Shown piece by piece: positions 9,950 through 22,617 of a stretch of DNA of 64,000 bases. The DNA lies in IMG/VR virus record IMGVR_UViG_3300028048_000106, positions 28,188 to 92,187 of that record. One strand, 5' to 3'. The notes beneath the pieces were generated by a model that saw nothing but the letters and a program-made list of their open reading frames with translations, was not told where the DNA came from and ran no database searches. Within the stretch, counting starts at the first letter, position 1; the number at the start of each line of letters is the position of its first letter. The stretch comes from a virus. Its lineage: Duplodnaviria > Caudoviricetes. The translations under genes were made by a program, and so were the position numbers.

Positions 9950-11209
9950 ATGGTAGACATCCGCAATGAGATAGACAAGATTGTCTTAGTAGAGTCATTT
10001 TCATCAAAGAAGCCACACATTTTCAATGATGACAAGACAACATTCAAGCAGTTGAAAGACTTGTTCACTAGCATATTTGACTCACGAGTCATAAAGTTCT
10101 CAAGAAAAGTCCCTAAACTAGACGCATATTTGACTGTCAAAGATGGCAATTGGTTTGTGTCATCTTACCTTAGGCCAGAGCAGCAGTACCCTATTGGCAA
10201 TGCCTCAAAGCTGCATGAGTCTGATGCTGACTCAAAAGATGCTGTCTAGAAGACATTTGACAGCATTGTTGAGTCACTTCAGTCTATTGACCCTGTGCTA
10301 TTGAACAGGTTCTTTGCAAATGGCAGCAACCGCCTGCACATACTGCTAGTGTGCCCACCAGATGGATGCTCTAAGCTGTATGGTGGAAAGTGCTTCACAG
10401 AGTATGGTGGCATTGACTGCTTCAATGATGGCAAATGCGTAGGTGATGACAAGAAGTCTAGCTTTGAGCTGTATAAGATATTGAAAGCTTGCCCAACACT
10501 GAAGTGCGAGTTTGCTGAGTTGACACCTGAACAGCTCACTGCAATAAAGTGCTGCAAAGATGAGAGAGCCATTCTAAAGCAGCTAGTTGACTAGTTGGCA
10601 AGACTAGTTGACGGCATTGGCTGGGGATGCTCAATACGTGACTATGTGCAAGACCGCTACTCTCGCTATCTAGTCAACAAAGCGCTTGAGCACAATCTTG
10701 ATGTGTCAAAGAAAGGAGCACTTGTTGATGAGCTTACATCTCGTCTAAGTGGGACATCAACTCTTAGGCCAACTAAGTCTGACCTCGCAACATTTGCAAA
10801 ACGTGAAGGGATTGATGTCAAGTCAGACGACTACAAGGCGTTTCTTGATGACATTGAGCAGAATGCGGCAATGACAAACAAAGACATCATGTCTCCAATT
10901 GAGAATGCAATATACTTTGCAGTGTCAAACATTGTCCAAGCACTGCTAAGCTACATCAGTCTTGACCCTAACCCAAAGGCAAAGAAGCTTGCACAGTAGA
11001 CAGCAAGAGACTTGTTTGCTGCATGTGACTCTATTGAGAAGTGCTCTTTTGACAGCAGCAAGCTAGATGGAATGAAGAAAGCTCTTGCAAAGCTGTGCTC
11101 TTACAAAGAGTTTGCTCCAAAAGAAGTCAGGTTTGTCAACAATGGCATTCCATACACTGTGGCATGCGAATGTGAGAAGCTTGATGCAATGTGCAAGACA
11201 ATTGCTTGA
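9950..11209 (+). CDS. Hypothetical late protein, TAG-recoded
   Basis: Four track ORFs in one frame joined by TAGs at 10247, 10592, 10997; GTAAATA upstream. Confidence 0.7.
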
Positions 11210-11220
11210 AAGGGCGCACG

Positions 11221-12234
11221 ATGACAACTGACAGCATACTAGAGTGCATAAGCATCGACATAGATGATAGCATGCTGAAAGATGCAAAGATTGCAGCATA
11301 CATGGCAAACTAGTCAATGCCAACATCATCTGGAAAAGTGAAGCCATACTCTCCTAAGTCATTTCCTGACAAAGCGTGCATTGTCTAGTTCAACTATGGT
11401 GCTGTGCCAGTAACAATATATCTTGACACTAAGGCCAAAGCCTGGAACTCAAGCTTCATCCAAGATGGCCATATTGCAAAACTAGCACCTGAACAGCTAG
11501 ACGGGTTCTTCTCTACAAAGTTCTATGCAAAGCTTGTTGATGCATTGGCAAGAAAATGGCCAACAAAAGACCCACAGTATGCTGACTTGTACAAAGCAGT
11601 GCTAGACTGCGCTTGCACAACCGAGATAAGAGAAGATGAGGCTCTATGTGCTGGAAGAATTGATGAAGTTGACTAGCCTGGCAAGAAGAAAGAGCTTGCA
11701 AACAAAGATGTTGACAACGACAACAAGAGAGACTATGCTGGGTCTGGACGAAAGATTGTCCACTTCTCAGACATGGGAGTGAGCAGCAAGTCAGGTGAGT
11801 ACTTCTGCTGGCCTCGCAAAGGCAAAGAGTTCAAGTGGAACTCTTGGAAAGATTGGCACAAGCTGAAGCCATTCGCAAAGATGTACTTCAAGCACAATGG
11901 CCGAAAGTACATGATATCTCTTTCACTGTTTGATGAGCAGTTTGACCACCGCGGGTTCCGTGGAGCAGATGTTGACTGGACACCGCCATTTGCATGGACA
12001 ACACCTGAAGAGTGTGATGAGATCATGCAGTTGTCTATTGTCAAGAAGTTCTTGAAGCAATGCATAAAGCGTGTGAAGCCATACATAGAGATGGACCCTG
12101 AAGAAGTGCTTAAGAAGATAGACAAGCCTGAACGAGTTGACATAAAAGAGATAGAGAAGACATAGCGCGTGATAAAGCATGTACTGAAGTCTGTGTTCAA
12201 AGAACAGTAGGCAGATGACTACAAGTATGATTGA
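11221..12234 (+). CDS. Hypothetical protein, TAG-recoded
   Basis: Track ORFs 11404 and 11773 are co-frame; only TAG stops until TGA 12232. Confidence 0.65.
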
Positions 12235-12258
12235 CATAATTCAACTAAGGACAAAGAC

Positions 12259-13260
12259 ATGAAGAACTATAGAAGAGGAAGCATGCACAACTTTACTGTG
12301 CGGTACAAGACAAGACGCAATGAGTCTACTATTGTGTGGGAAGGCTAGGCGTAGACTATAGAGCAAGCATTGCTCACTTGCCAAAGTACAGAAGATGATG
12401 GCATTGCACTTGTTGAATACATTGACATTGATGGTGAAGAGCTAAGCAGCGCTGCGATTGACAAGATAAACAAAGAGCATTTTGCTGAAGTTGATGAGTG
12501 CGATGGTGGAGGAGCTGCGGCCGGTGGAGATGCTGGTGGAGCTAGTGCTGGAGGAGATGCTGGAGCAGTTGCTGTTGATGCTGGAGACACTGCTGGTGAG
12601 ATGGCAGGGACTTCTACTGCTGATGTCATTGGCGGCACATTTGACCCTAAAAAGGGAGTCATGGGTGTTGGCAACTTCATGGTTCCATCTAAAGTAAAAG
12701 TCCCACTCCATAGATGGGAAGTGTGCAATGGTGGCTCAAAGCGCAAGAAAGACAAGAAAGGCAAAGACAAGAAGTATGCCTATGAGAAAGGCATGAAAGT
12801 TGTTGTTGACATGCTTGAGAAAGATGGCAATGGTGGAAGTCCAACATCTGGCAAGAAGAAGATCTTCTCAAGACTGAAGCGCATATCTAAAGGCGTGAAG
12901 TCTATGGATGACGTGAAAGCTGTTGAAGCTAAGATAGAGAAAGAGAAGTCACAGATTGAAAGCCGATTCTCAAAGTCAAGCTACTCTTAGATCAAGTAGA
13001 TGTTCACCGACTTCTGTGCATTCATCAAAGACATCTGCACTGGAAAATACAAGGCATCTTGGTTTGCTGTGACAATGGTCACGGTTGGCTTGATATACAT
13101 CATCTCTCCAATTGACTTGATTCCAGATGTTGTTCCTGTTGTTGGCGTCATAGATGATGCATTTGTCTTGAAGCTTATATATGATACTGTAAAAGACGAG
13201 ATTGGCAATTGGAAATCATAGAAGACTGCGAATGGCAGCAATAGAGCTTCAATGCATTGA
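12259..13260 (+). CDS. Gly/Ala-rich protein with C-terminal YkvA/DUF1232 domain, TAG-recoded
   Basis: 12370 and 13000 ORFs co-frame via TAGs; YIISPIDLIPDVVPVVGVIDD signature. Confidence 0.7.
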
Positions 13261-13309
13261 GCAGCTATGAAAGTACAATATCTTCATCTACATAGATGAG
13301 GATATTTGC

Positions 13310-14239
13310 ATGCAGAAAGAAGTTGTAGTCCTTGGTGGCAATGGGTTTCTTGGGTCAAATCTCTGTGAAGCTCTTTGGAAGAAAGGAATAAAGCCAATTG
13401 TCCTTGACAAGTCTCTTGGATGTGATCTTGCCACAGATATTGGACAAAATGCATTCAATGATGTTTTGTTGAATCTTTGCAATATTGACGACATTGATGT
13501 TGTCATGATGGCGGCTCGTCTTGGTGCAGAGCTTTTTGAGAATGACCCAATTCCACCGTATCTTGAAAACAAAGCTGTCAATGAGAAGTGCATAGAGACA
13601 ATTCTTAATTTTTCAAATCCAACGTCTAAATTCCACATATCATTCTATTCTACTTCTGAAGTGTATGGCAATGTTGACCCATCTAATGTGCCAAAAACGC
13701 TGCTGCCAACAATTGACCCTCTATATGGCCGTTCACTGTATGCGCAAGAGAAGCTTGCCACTGAGACAGTCTTGAACTGCCTTAGAGACACAAAGAAGAT
13801 AGCATCTCTTAGAGTATTTAGGCCATTCAATGTCTCTGGAAAATGGCAGAGACGTGGAGTAGTGCATGGAATGGTCAAGTCAGCAGTCTACTGCAACAAG
13901 ATAAGGTATGTGTCTGGCCAGACAAGAGAGATAACATTTGTGCAAGATGCGACAAAGATGGCTTTAGATGCAGTTCTTAGCAGAGAAGAAGGGACATTTG
14001 ACTTGACATCGAAGAACCACATCAGTCTAAAAGACCTTGCATGGAGCATAAAAGATGTCTTAGCTATGTCGCATCCATTGAAATATGCTTCTGTCACTGT
14101 AGAAGAAGACCCTCCAATTGACTCATACATAAAGACACGAGGGACAGTCAATGCCATCTCAAGCATTGGTGGAATAAAAGCATTTGCCAAGAGACTGGCA
14201 GAAAGCCACATCATTGAAGACATAGTGAACACTATGTGA
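13310..14239 (+). CDS. NAD-dependent epimerase/dehydratase (extended SDR)
   Basis: GGNGFLG, STSEVYG, YAQEK (YxxxK), RPFNV. Confidence 0.85.
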   Translation: MQKEVVVLGGNGFLGSNLCEALWKKGIKPIVLDKSLGCDLATDIGQNAFNDVLLNLCNIDDIDVVMMAARLGAELFENDPIPPYLENKAVNEKCIETILNFSNPTSKFHISFYSTSEVYGNVDPSNVPKTLLPTIDPLYGRSLYAQEKLATETVLNCLRDTKKIASLRVFRPFNVSGKWQRRGVVHGMVKSAVYCNKIRYVSGQTREITFVQDATKMALDAVLSREEGTFDLTSKNHISLKDLAWSIKDVLAMSHPLKYASVTVEEDPPIDSYIKTRGTVNAISSIGGIKAFAKRLAESHIIEDIVNTM

Positions 14240-14255
14240 AGTAAATACTGTCTAT

Positions 14256-14876
14256 ATGGCAGATGGACAGTCAATAATTGAGCCGAACACAGCCGAATTT
14301 CGGTCATCATTGTTTGAAGAGCACAGCTAGCAAGACATTGACAGCTAGCATGTAGCATAGACATTCAACATGGATGTCAACTATGCAAACTAGAACAAGT
14401 GGTTTGCATACTGCCCTCTTGAAGATGTCTTAGGCAAAAGATACAAGAACTTGAACTTGCACTTGACTAAGTTCAACATTCCACAATTGATTCAAGGAAC
14501 AATGGAGGCCAGTTTTAAGGGCTATGCCAAAGAGATGCCAACAAAGATATTGAACCCTTCTACAAAAGAGATAACTCTTGAGTACATTGTTGACTCAAAT
14601 TGGGAGAACTACCGCGCTCTCTATGCATTCATGTCTAACATAAATGGAACATTAAACCCTGTGTCAACTGATGAGAAGACTGGAATCCTTCCATCTGAGT
14701 ACATGCCAGTCAGAATATATCTTCTTGGCCCTTACAAGAAGAAGATAATACAGTTCTTGTTTGAGAACTGCTGGATAAAGGTGTTCAACGAGATATCACT
14801 TGATGTAAACTCACCAGCAGAAGTCACTCACTCATTTACACTCTCCTGGGACAGATATTGTATTGAGGACATCTGA
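14256..14876 (+). CDS. Tail terminator / tail-tube-fold protein (T4 gp3/gp19-like), TAG-recoded
   Basis: ITLEYIVDSNWENYRALYAFM...FLFENCW; N-terminal extension through TAGs; GTAAATA upstream. Confidence 0.7.
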
Positions 14877-14979
14877 CAAAGACTGCTATCTGCAGTAGTT
14901 GCTAGATTTAAAGACTAAGCATAAATAGCACAAAATCCATCTTTGGCTATTGCTAGCTTTAACTTGTACAATATATGAT

Positions 14980-16284
14980 ATGATAATTATAGACTAGCAA
15001 TAGCTTCATTGCAATGTGTATTTTGTGCAAAATCATGATGCTGTTGAGCAGTTGATTGACTTACTCAACAAGCACAAGACTAAATATGGCGCAATGCTAC
15101 AAGCGAAAGGACGAAAGTCACAGCCAAACTGCAAATCAAAGCACAGGATGCTGTATGAGTAGATAGTCCAAATGCTGCCAAATGCTGCAAATGGCATAAG
15201 TATTGCTGAAAAGTGCTATTGGATCATATATGGCTTGATAGATTTTCCAAAATGCGAAATATGTGGAAAAAGCCTTTCATCAAAGCAGTTTGTTAGCCTA
15301 CGCCATGGATATCGAAGATGCTGCTCAATGAAGTGCAGAGGGAAAGACCCACAGTATAGGCAGCATTTGTCAAATGTATATTGCCGTATGGTTGAACGTG
15401 ATCCACTAGCAGTAAGCAAGAGGTCATTGAAGTCATTGTAGACTAGAAAAGACAAGTATGGTGCATACTGCCCAACGTCATCATATGACAAGATGAGAGC
15501 AACTCGAAAGCAGAAGCAAGAAGATGACCCAAAGTACATTAGCAGAATTGTTGAGAAAGCGCATAGCACTAATGTTAAGAATGGACATCCTCCAACGTGG
15601 AACAACTCAGACAAAATGCGTAAGACACGGCTAGATCATAATGGTGGCCAATGGGAGACAGACTAGACACTAAGCCATAGAAAGCACAATGCTATGCTGA
15701 AGTATGGCGTTGATGATGCAAACAAGTCAGATGCTGTCAAACTACGGAAAGCACAAGCATTTGAGTCTCGGTATGGAGCTGGTGTCACGTGTGTGTTCTA
15801 GACAGATGAATTCAAACGCCATATGGTAGAGATATCTAGTCAACGAAAGGAAAAAGAGCACGCAACAAAGAAGCAGAATGGCACGTTTAACACATCTAAG
15901 CCAGAAGAAGAGTGCTACCACATGCTGCATTTTGCCTATCCACACATTATTCGGCAATACCGCTCAGAAGCATATCCATTTGCATGTGACTTCTATGACC
16001 CTGACTCGCATACATATTTTGAGTACAATGGCTCATGGACTCATGGCGGGCATTTCTTTGACAAGACCAATGCTGCTGACATAGAACAGGCTGTCAAATG
16101 GAAAAGCAAAGGCACAAAGTTCTATATGAATGCTCTCTACAATTGGACAGTCAGAGATGTCAAGAAAAGAGAGACTGCAGAGAAGAATAGCCTGAACTAT
16201 GTCGTGTTTTGGTGTCTTGATGAAGTGAGAAGACATGTCTTAGATGTTTTGAATGGCATATGGTTGTGCATGGTGGCGAAGTAA
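14980..16284 (+). CDS. Free-standing homing-endonuclease-like protein (Zn ribbon, KYG repeats, C-terminal PD-(D/E)XK/Vsr-like nuclease), TAG-recoded
   Basis: PKCEICGK, CSMKC, KYGV repeats, YPFACDFY...FEYNGSWTHG. Confidence 0.7.
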
Positions 16285-16328
16285 ATAAAGTATGTTGTAC
16301 AACATATAGAAACTTAAGGAAAAAAACA

Positions 16329-17489
16329 ATGGAAATACTTACTGAATTTGATGGTCTTCAAGAAGCTTTGAAGAAAGTCAAGATGGATGAGTCTGTCATG
16401 CCATACGTCAATGGAAGACTAGTAGACGATTCAGCTTGGAACAAGACATAGAAGATCCTCAACTGCCCTGAGATGATCTCTGCCCACAAGTACCTCTACA
16501 ATCTTGACATGGACTAGTTGACAGAAGAAGAGATTGACAAGATCAACTAGCTCTACAAGGTTGGCTGTGATCGAGGATTCATCATTGATGACCTTACAGA
16601 TTGGAATGCTCCAGATGCTCCAGCACAGGCCACCGATGCTCCAGAGAAGACAGAAGAGACGCCTAAGACAGAAGAGCCTATTGACCAGAAGCCAGTCAGT
16701 GGAAGTCTATTCAAGGCAAAAGTCCCATGTTGGACTATCATATACTCTGCTACATCAAAAGATGGCGACATCAAGACTGGAGAAGCATATTCAAATGCAA
16801 TTTCAGCTTCAGCAGCAAAAGCAGATGTGAATGCTAAGCTTTCTCGTATTGGCTACTCAAACATCTCAATTCTTGCAATTGAGGCAACTGATGCTTGTGA
16901 TGCTTCAGCAGCATAGACATATGTCAAAGAAGTTGAGGATGTCGCAGAAGATGACATGCTTGATGGACGTCCACACAACAACCATGTCTCTGAAGCAGAT
17001 GAAGAAGATGAGTCTAAAGATGATGCTGAGTCTGATGAGTCTGATGAAGAAGAGTCAAATGAAGATGCTGAAGAAAAAGAAGATGATGCATCTTCAGATG
17101 ACAGTTCTGATTCAAATGATGAATCAACAGATGATGCTGAAGAAGAGGAAGACACCGAAGAAGATTCTGAAGAAGATACTGAAGAAGAAGAGGAAGACGC
17201 TGAAGAAGATTCTAAGGAAGAAGATTCAAAAGATTCAGAAGATGGCGAAAAAGAGCTTGATGCTAATGAAAAGGCAGAACTCAAAGACAAGTACCGTAAA
17301 ACTTTCAAGAATGTCTTGTCTAAGTGCAAGTTTGAAAGCTCTTTCAATGACCTCACGCTTGAACAGAAAGTCAAGTTCTTCACCGAACTCTCAAAAGCAT
17401 GGAACAAGAATGAGCCAACAGAGTTCATGACAGACAAAGAAGTTGAACAGCTCAACAATGTTGTCGTAAAAGAAGGCAGCGATGACTGA
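16329..17489 (+). CDS. Highly acidic late protein (possible prohead core/scaffold), TAG-recoded
   Basis: Frame open via TAGs; long D/E tract about 17000-17250; AAGGA SD and GTAAATA upstream. Confidence 0.6.
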
Positions 17490-17715
17490 ATCAAATGACA
17501 TTAGTCTGCTTGATGTGTCAAGCCAATAGGGTGAACGAGAGAAGTGCTGTGCCAAGTGCAAGTACTTTGAAGAACGGACATGCTTTTGCCGCTTCAACCC
17601 TCCAATCCCTGTTGTCACACACAAAGACAATGGGCAGACATTTGTCACATCGGTCTACTCAAAGATAAACATGCCTAGCATTGATTGGTGCTAGAAGTTC
17701 GACAAAAAAGACTAA
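17482..17715 (+). CDS. Small Cys-rich protein, TAG-recoded
   Basis: CAKCKYF...CRFNPP...DWC; two TAG. Confidence 0.55.
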
Positions 17716-17761
17716 CATTAGTCTTGCTGTTCTAGAGTAGATGCATTAGAGAGCTAGCTAG

Positions 17762-18340
17762 TCATGCTAGCTCTTGTTTTGTCAAGCCAAATACTTCTTC
17801 TATGCATTTGCACGCTGCAAATGCTTTTCTTGTCTTTCCAGTCTTACGAGTCTTAAAGCACTACTAAGGGCAACCACATTTCTAGAAGAAGTCTTTTGGA
17901 ATGGTCTTCACAATGTATGTGCCAGTCTTCTAGTATACCCATTTCTAGTTCAATGAGAATGATCTACCACCATCAGACTTCTAGAATGTCCCTTTCACAT
18001 CTAGATACACCTAGAATGTGCTGCTCTACAATGCATGATGTGGCAGCTTAAACTCTTTAGCTAGTGTCTAGTAAGCTCTAGCTTTGACAACAACTAAGAA
18101 GTCTGGACTATAGACATGCTCACGTAGAAGTGACTTCTTCTTTCCATCTAGTGCTATGAAGTCAACTGCGTCAAACAACTTTATAGAAGGTGGCTAGTAC
18201 TAGAAGTCTTCTACTAAGCCAAGCTAAGCAGCTTCTACACACCATTCAAGAAAGTCGCATTCTTCAATGGAGTCCATCATCAAGTCTACACCATGAAATG
18301 CATCTCTATATGGAAACTGTCTTCTGTTGTTTCTTCCCAT
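17762..18340 (-). CDS. PD-(D/E)XK nuclease (DUF1064-like), heavily TAG-recoded
   Basis: DSIEE, FQYQP, YSPDF, YLDVKG, FSLNQKW with TAG=Q; missed by ORF track. Confidence 0.7.
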
Positions 18341-18342
18341 TG

Positions 18343-19044
18343 TCACTCCTCTATGCCAAGCGCTGCATCTAGATAGTCTTTTACTTCTAGAGCACATCTT
18401 TTGAATGAAGCACTTTTGTTCATCCTACTTTTGTTGTTGACATATTTTGATATCAAGTCATTGATGGCCACAATGTTCTGCTGTTGACTAGAGAATATGT
18501 CTTTCCACATATTACGGCAGTTACTGCTGCCATATGCCCACTTTATTGTCTTGAACAGCATGTAGCAGTCAAGTCTAGAATGCGATGCAAAGATGACTTT
18601 TGGCTACTGCGCTCGACATCTCTTGCGGGTCTCTCTATTGAAATAACCATTGAAGACATCTATGAAAAGCTCATTCATCAAGTCTATGTCAATTTCAATG
18701 TCTGTCTCAGACAATAGCCATTTCAAGCTTGGCCTATTCTCTATAAGACTAGCTAGCTTGCGTGGAAAATACTTGTCATCTTTGAAGTCTAGCAGTAGAT
18801 TGTCTTTAGGGTAGCATGACCCTATAACAATCATGGAGTCATGTTGGTCTTCTAGTTTAGAGACAGCACATTGTATGCTGTCATCTATGCAGTTTTTGAC
18901 TATGCTGCGCAGTCGCTGCTTAGAAGCGCTTAGACTAAGAATGTATCTACCATTCTCACGCTAGAAGAAGTCTTCACAACAAGCAACAATCTTCTCAATT
19001 GCAGCATCAAGAAGGCACTTGTAGTATATGAGATTCAGCTTCAC
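18343..19044 (-). CDS. Hypothetical protein, TAG-recoded
   Basis: Two track ORFs co-frame; GTGA overlap with upstream stop. Confidence 0.6.
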
Positions 19045-19331
19045 TTTCTTGCTAGACGTGGATCTGCCATAGCAGTATTTGCTCTAGAAATCTTGTCCGA
19101 CAATGCAGAATACCACGCTTTGTAGCTGACATTGCCTGAGTTGAAGAATGGATATGGCTTTGCATTGTCTATAGTAGTGTCATTTGCGGCATTGTACAGT
19201 GCTTCTTGTGCTTCTACATATCTACTAAGTGCTGACAAACATGCTTCAAACTTGTCTTTAGCAAAGAAAGTGTCTCCTTCTTGCTCTAGAGCTCTTATTT
19301 CTTGCTCTTTCTTCTGTGTAAGCTGCTTCAT
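19041..19331 (-). CDS. Hypothetical protein
   Basis: 96-aa ORF with AGGA SD. Confidence 0.6.
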   Translation of the reverse strand: MKQLTQKKEQEIRALEQEGDTFFAKDKFEACLSALSRYVEAQEALYNAANDTTIDNAKPYPFFNSGNVSYKAWYSALSDKISRANTAMADPRLARK

Positions 19332-19343
19332 TGTCTTTTCCTA

Positions 19344-19514
19344 TTAGTCAAGCTTGAAGTCTGCTATTGATGCTGCATACTTCTTCATGGCACTAGATAT
19401 CAACATCTTTGTGATTTCTGATGAGCAGACTTTTGCATCAGCTAGTAGTTCTTTAAGTTTCTAGACAGTGTCATCTAGAGATTTCAATTTTCCTTCAACT
19501 TCTTCTATGTTCAT
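19344..19514 (-). CDS. Small coiled-coil hypothetical protein (one TAG)
   Basis: MNIEEVEGKLKSLDD...; fills gap between neighbours. Confidence 0.45.
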
Positions 19515-19643
19515 GATAAGCCTTTCTAGATAAAATATACAGCATTTGAAAGTGCAGTGAATGCGCGATGATGAAGTCTAGAAAGTGATGAAGTCTAGAT
19601 AGAATAAGGTAAATAAACACAGTATAAGTAACAGATACAGTAT

Positions 19644-21551
19644 ATGGAGAAAGAAGAACAACTAGCAACAATAAAAAAACCTGGCGAGATTGAGAAGATC
19701 TCTGATGAAGAGTTCTAGCGTAGAGTCATTGAAATTGCAAAATGCAAGCGTGACATCGTTTACTTTGCAGAGAAATACTACCGTGTAATAAGCCTTGACA
19801 AAGGCTTGCACATAATAAAGCTCTATGATGTGCAGAAAGAATTCTTGAGATTCTTAGTCGACAACAACAAAGTCATATGTGTAAGTGGAAGACAATAGGG
19901 TAAGTCAACCATCTACTGCATCTATGCACTTTGGCTTGCTTGCTTTTCACCAGAGAAGAAGATAATGATTCTTGCAAACAAAGCAGCAACTGCACTTGAA
20001 CTTCTTAGTCGAATTGAGACAGGCTATGAGTATCTTCCGCATTGGATAAAGCCTGCTTGCCTTGTGTTCAATAAAGGTGAGATAACATTCTCTAACATGT
20101 CATCTATACGTGCATTTGCAAGCTCAAGTGATGCTGCTCGTGGATTCTCATGCAATGTTGTGATCCTCGACGAGTTTGCATTCTTGAACAAGAATGTTGC
20201 AGACAAGCTCTTCACTTCCATGTATCCCGTCATCTCGTCATCCCGGAATGGCAAGTTCATAATTGTCTCTACACCAAATGGGACAGACAACTTGTACTAT
20301 GACATCTGGTGTCAAGCAAACTCAAAAGAAGTTGGAAAGAATCTTGAAGGCTGGAAGCCTTTTGAGATGTATTGGCACCAAGTTCCAGGCCATGATGAAG
20401 CATGGAAAGAGAAGCAGATTGCTGCAATTGGAGCACAGCGGTTTGCGCAAGAATTTGACAACTAGTTCTTGGCAAAGAGTGACAACAAGAAGCTCATTCC
20501 TGATGATGTCCTCTAGAAGTTCCGCATAAAGCTCTCTGAGTACAAGGCGCAAGGGTTGAAGCCAAAGAAGTAGAAGATTGTCTCTTAGGCCTAGGATGAG
20601 CTCTATGAGTTTGAGATGTGGCATGAGTTCAAGCCTAATAGGACATATCTTGCTTCAGCTGACATCTCTGAAGGCATCGGCAGTGACAGTTCAGTGCTGT
20701 ACATATGGGATGTGACAGACTTGTCAAACATAGTGATGTGCGCAAAGTTCTCATCAAATGTCACATCTCTTGTGCAGTTTGCATACATTGCAAATAGAAT
20801 ATTGGCATTGTACAACAATCCTTGGCTAGCGGCTGAACGGAATGGTGTCTCTGCAGGAATGCTTGACTCTCTTAGGATAACATATGGCTACTAGAAGATA
20901 ATCATTGACAACAAGAAAAGAGAGCCTGGAATATACTCTCACGTCTAGGTGAAGAGCAGAGCATGCTTGTGGGCACGAGACATGATGACAACTAGCTGCT
21001 TTGGCTGGACAATCTATGACAAAGACCTCATTGATGAACTGTCTATATTCATAAAGAAAGACACAAAAGGCATGCAGAATGTCTACCACGCAATGCCTGG
21101 ACCAAACTCTCATGATGACCATGTCATGGCATTCATATGGGGAGCCTATGCACTGCACAATGACAGAGTGCAAGACCACTTCATAGTAGTTGACACAGTC
21201 ACAACTTAGATAGGGCTAGTGTATGCACACTACTTGCAGCCACTAGAAGAATACAATGCAAATGACATATCAAAATTGACAAGTGACCCACTGTACAAAG
21301 AGTTCTTGCAGTACAAAGAAGAGGCAGTGAAGCTTGGCCAAGGGCTGCTAGAGGCAATGCAAAGAGAAGATGATGCTGATATCTTCAAGTATGAGAAGCC
21401 AGACACATACTTTGGTGATGAAGATGGAAGTGGCTCTTGGAACAGCACTCCACTGAACTGGAACATGAAAAAAGACTTCTAGTAGAGTGGTAGAAGCTAG
21501 GTGCAGTTGAATGGCCGAAGCAGTAGTCCGCCACCATTCTTTGTGTTTTAA
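19644..21551 (+). CDS. Terminase large subunit (T4 gp17-like), TAG-recoded
   Basis: Walker A GRQ[TAG]GKST (TAG 19896), ILANK, Walker B VILDEFAF, STPNG, FAQEF, nuclease ADISEG...D and HDDHVMA. Confidence 0.93.
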
Positions 21552-21844
21552 GTTGCTAGCATCACTTCTGCATACTTGCTAGCTTCTATTTTGATAGTGC
21601 AAGCATTCTTGACATCAATGTCATCATCAAGATCAGCTTGCATTGCCAACTGCTCAATAGTCTAGCATTCTGGATGAGCATCTTTGAAATGGCGCAAGAC
21701 TTCTCTTCGAAGATACTTGCCACCTTCAGTGTTGCTCAAGAACTCTTGCTAGTTCAAGACAAGAGTCTCATATGCATCTGCTAGCTCATCTTTTGAGAAG
21801 CTGTCAATAGAGCATGCTTGTGCAAGCATAGCTTCTTCCATCAT
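21548..21844 (-). CDS. Hypothetical protein, TAG-recoded
   Basis: Open with two TAG to TAA 21548. Confidence 0.5.
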
Positions 21845-22019
21845 CTGCTGTTGGCTCATATTGCTTCTTCAACCACCTGTACAGCTCTTCTGCATTGACT
21901 GCTTCATTGTTGATTTTCAATGTGTCAAATGCATATGCATTGGGTGCAATGCTGTTTTTGCTGCCAGGAACAAAAAATATCTCAGCTGTGCAGTGCACTA
22001 AGTCATTCAACTTCTTCAT
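21804..22019 (-). CDS. Hypothetical protein
   Basis: MKKLNDL... in operon packing. Confidence 0.45.
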   Translation of the reverse strand: MKKLNDLVHCTAEIFFVPGSKNSIAPNAYAFDTLKINNEAVNAEELYRWLKKQYEPTADDGRSYACTSMLY

Positions 22020-22254
22020 ATGTCTCCTCAAAGATGTTCTTCTCGTAGAAGTAGAACTCACCTCTGACGCCTTTTATGAGATAGTCACCGACTTTGTTCT
22101 TCATCTTCATGTCACCTTCAAGCGTATGGACATACACCCAGCCATCTTGGTAGTAGACATCATTTCCTGCAAAGTCATATAGCTCTTTGAAGTTGTCACC
22201 AGTAAACTGGACCGCTTCAATTGGAATACGCTTCTTCACATACTTCTTAGCCAT
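22003..22254 (-). CDS. Conserved small phage protein
   Basis: KYVKKRIPIEAVQF...TLEG...GDYLIKGVRGEFY...IFEETYE pattern common in phages. Confidence 0.7.
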   Translation of the reverse strand: MAKKYVKKRIPIEAVQFTGDNFKELYDFAGNDVYYQDGWVYVHTLEGDMKMKNKVGDYLIKGVRGEFYFYEKNIFEETYEEVE

Positions 22255-22266
22255 CGTCAATGCCCT

Positions 22267-22617
22267 TCAACCATCATATCCACCATCAAGGCATGCATTG
22301 ACATGTGGATCATCAAATGCTTTGCCTAGAGCAGCCTCTATACGGTCTTTGAACTGCCTCTTAGTCTCATCATCTTCCATGCTGTTGAAGCTGAGGCCAA
22401 TCACCCACATCTCATAGTAGTTGTCTAAGCCTCTACGGCAGTCAAGGCCAAGCTCATCTGCAATTGCATCCGCTAGCTCATAACTGTCTTTTTGTCCATT
22501 GTCTTCTGGATGGAGCTTGTGCCAAGCTTTAGCAACGGTGTCATCATTAAATGCATCACCAACAAGCATGAATGAGCTGCTTGAGCTGTTGCTCACATAG
22601 TCTAGTCGTGTCTTCAT
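22267..22617 (-). CDS. SNSSSSSF-motif protein 1
   Basis: N-terminus MKTRLDYVSNSSSSSF. Confidence 0.75.
   Translation of the reverse strand: MKTRLDYVSNSSSSSFMLVGDAFNDDTVAKAWHKLHPEDNGQKDSYELADAIADELGLDCRRGLDNYYEMWVIGLSFNSMEDDETKRQFKDRIEAALGKAFDDPHVNACLDGGYDG

Noticed and set aside
16831-17494. Met/Lys-rich (+) and Ser-rich (-) ORFs
   Set aside because: Alternate-frame shadows of the GAA/GAT acidic tract.
6301-21551. Pseudogenised or decayed prophage interpretation of the fragmented portal and terminase
   Set aside because: All interruptions are TAG in a single frame, with no TAA/TGA or frameshifts, and motifs are intact.
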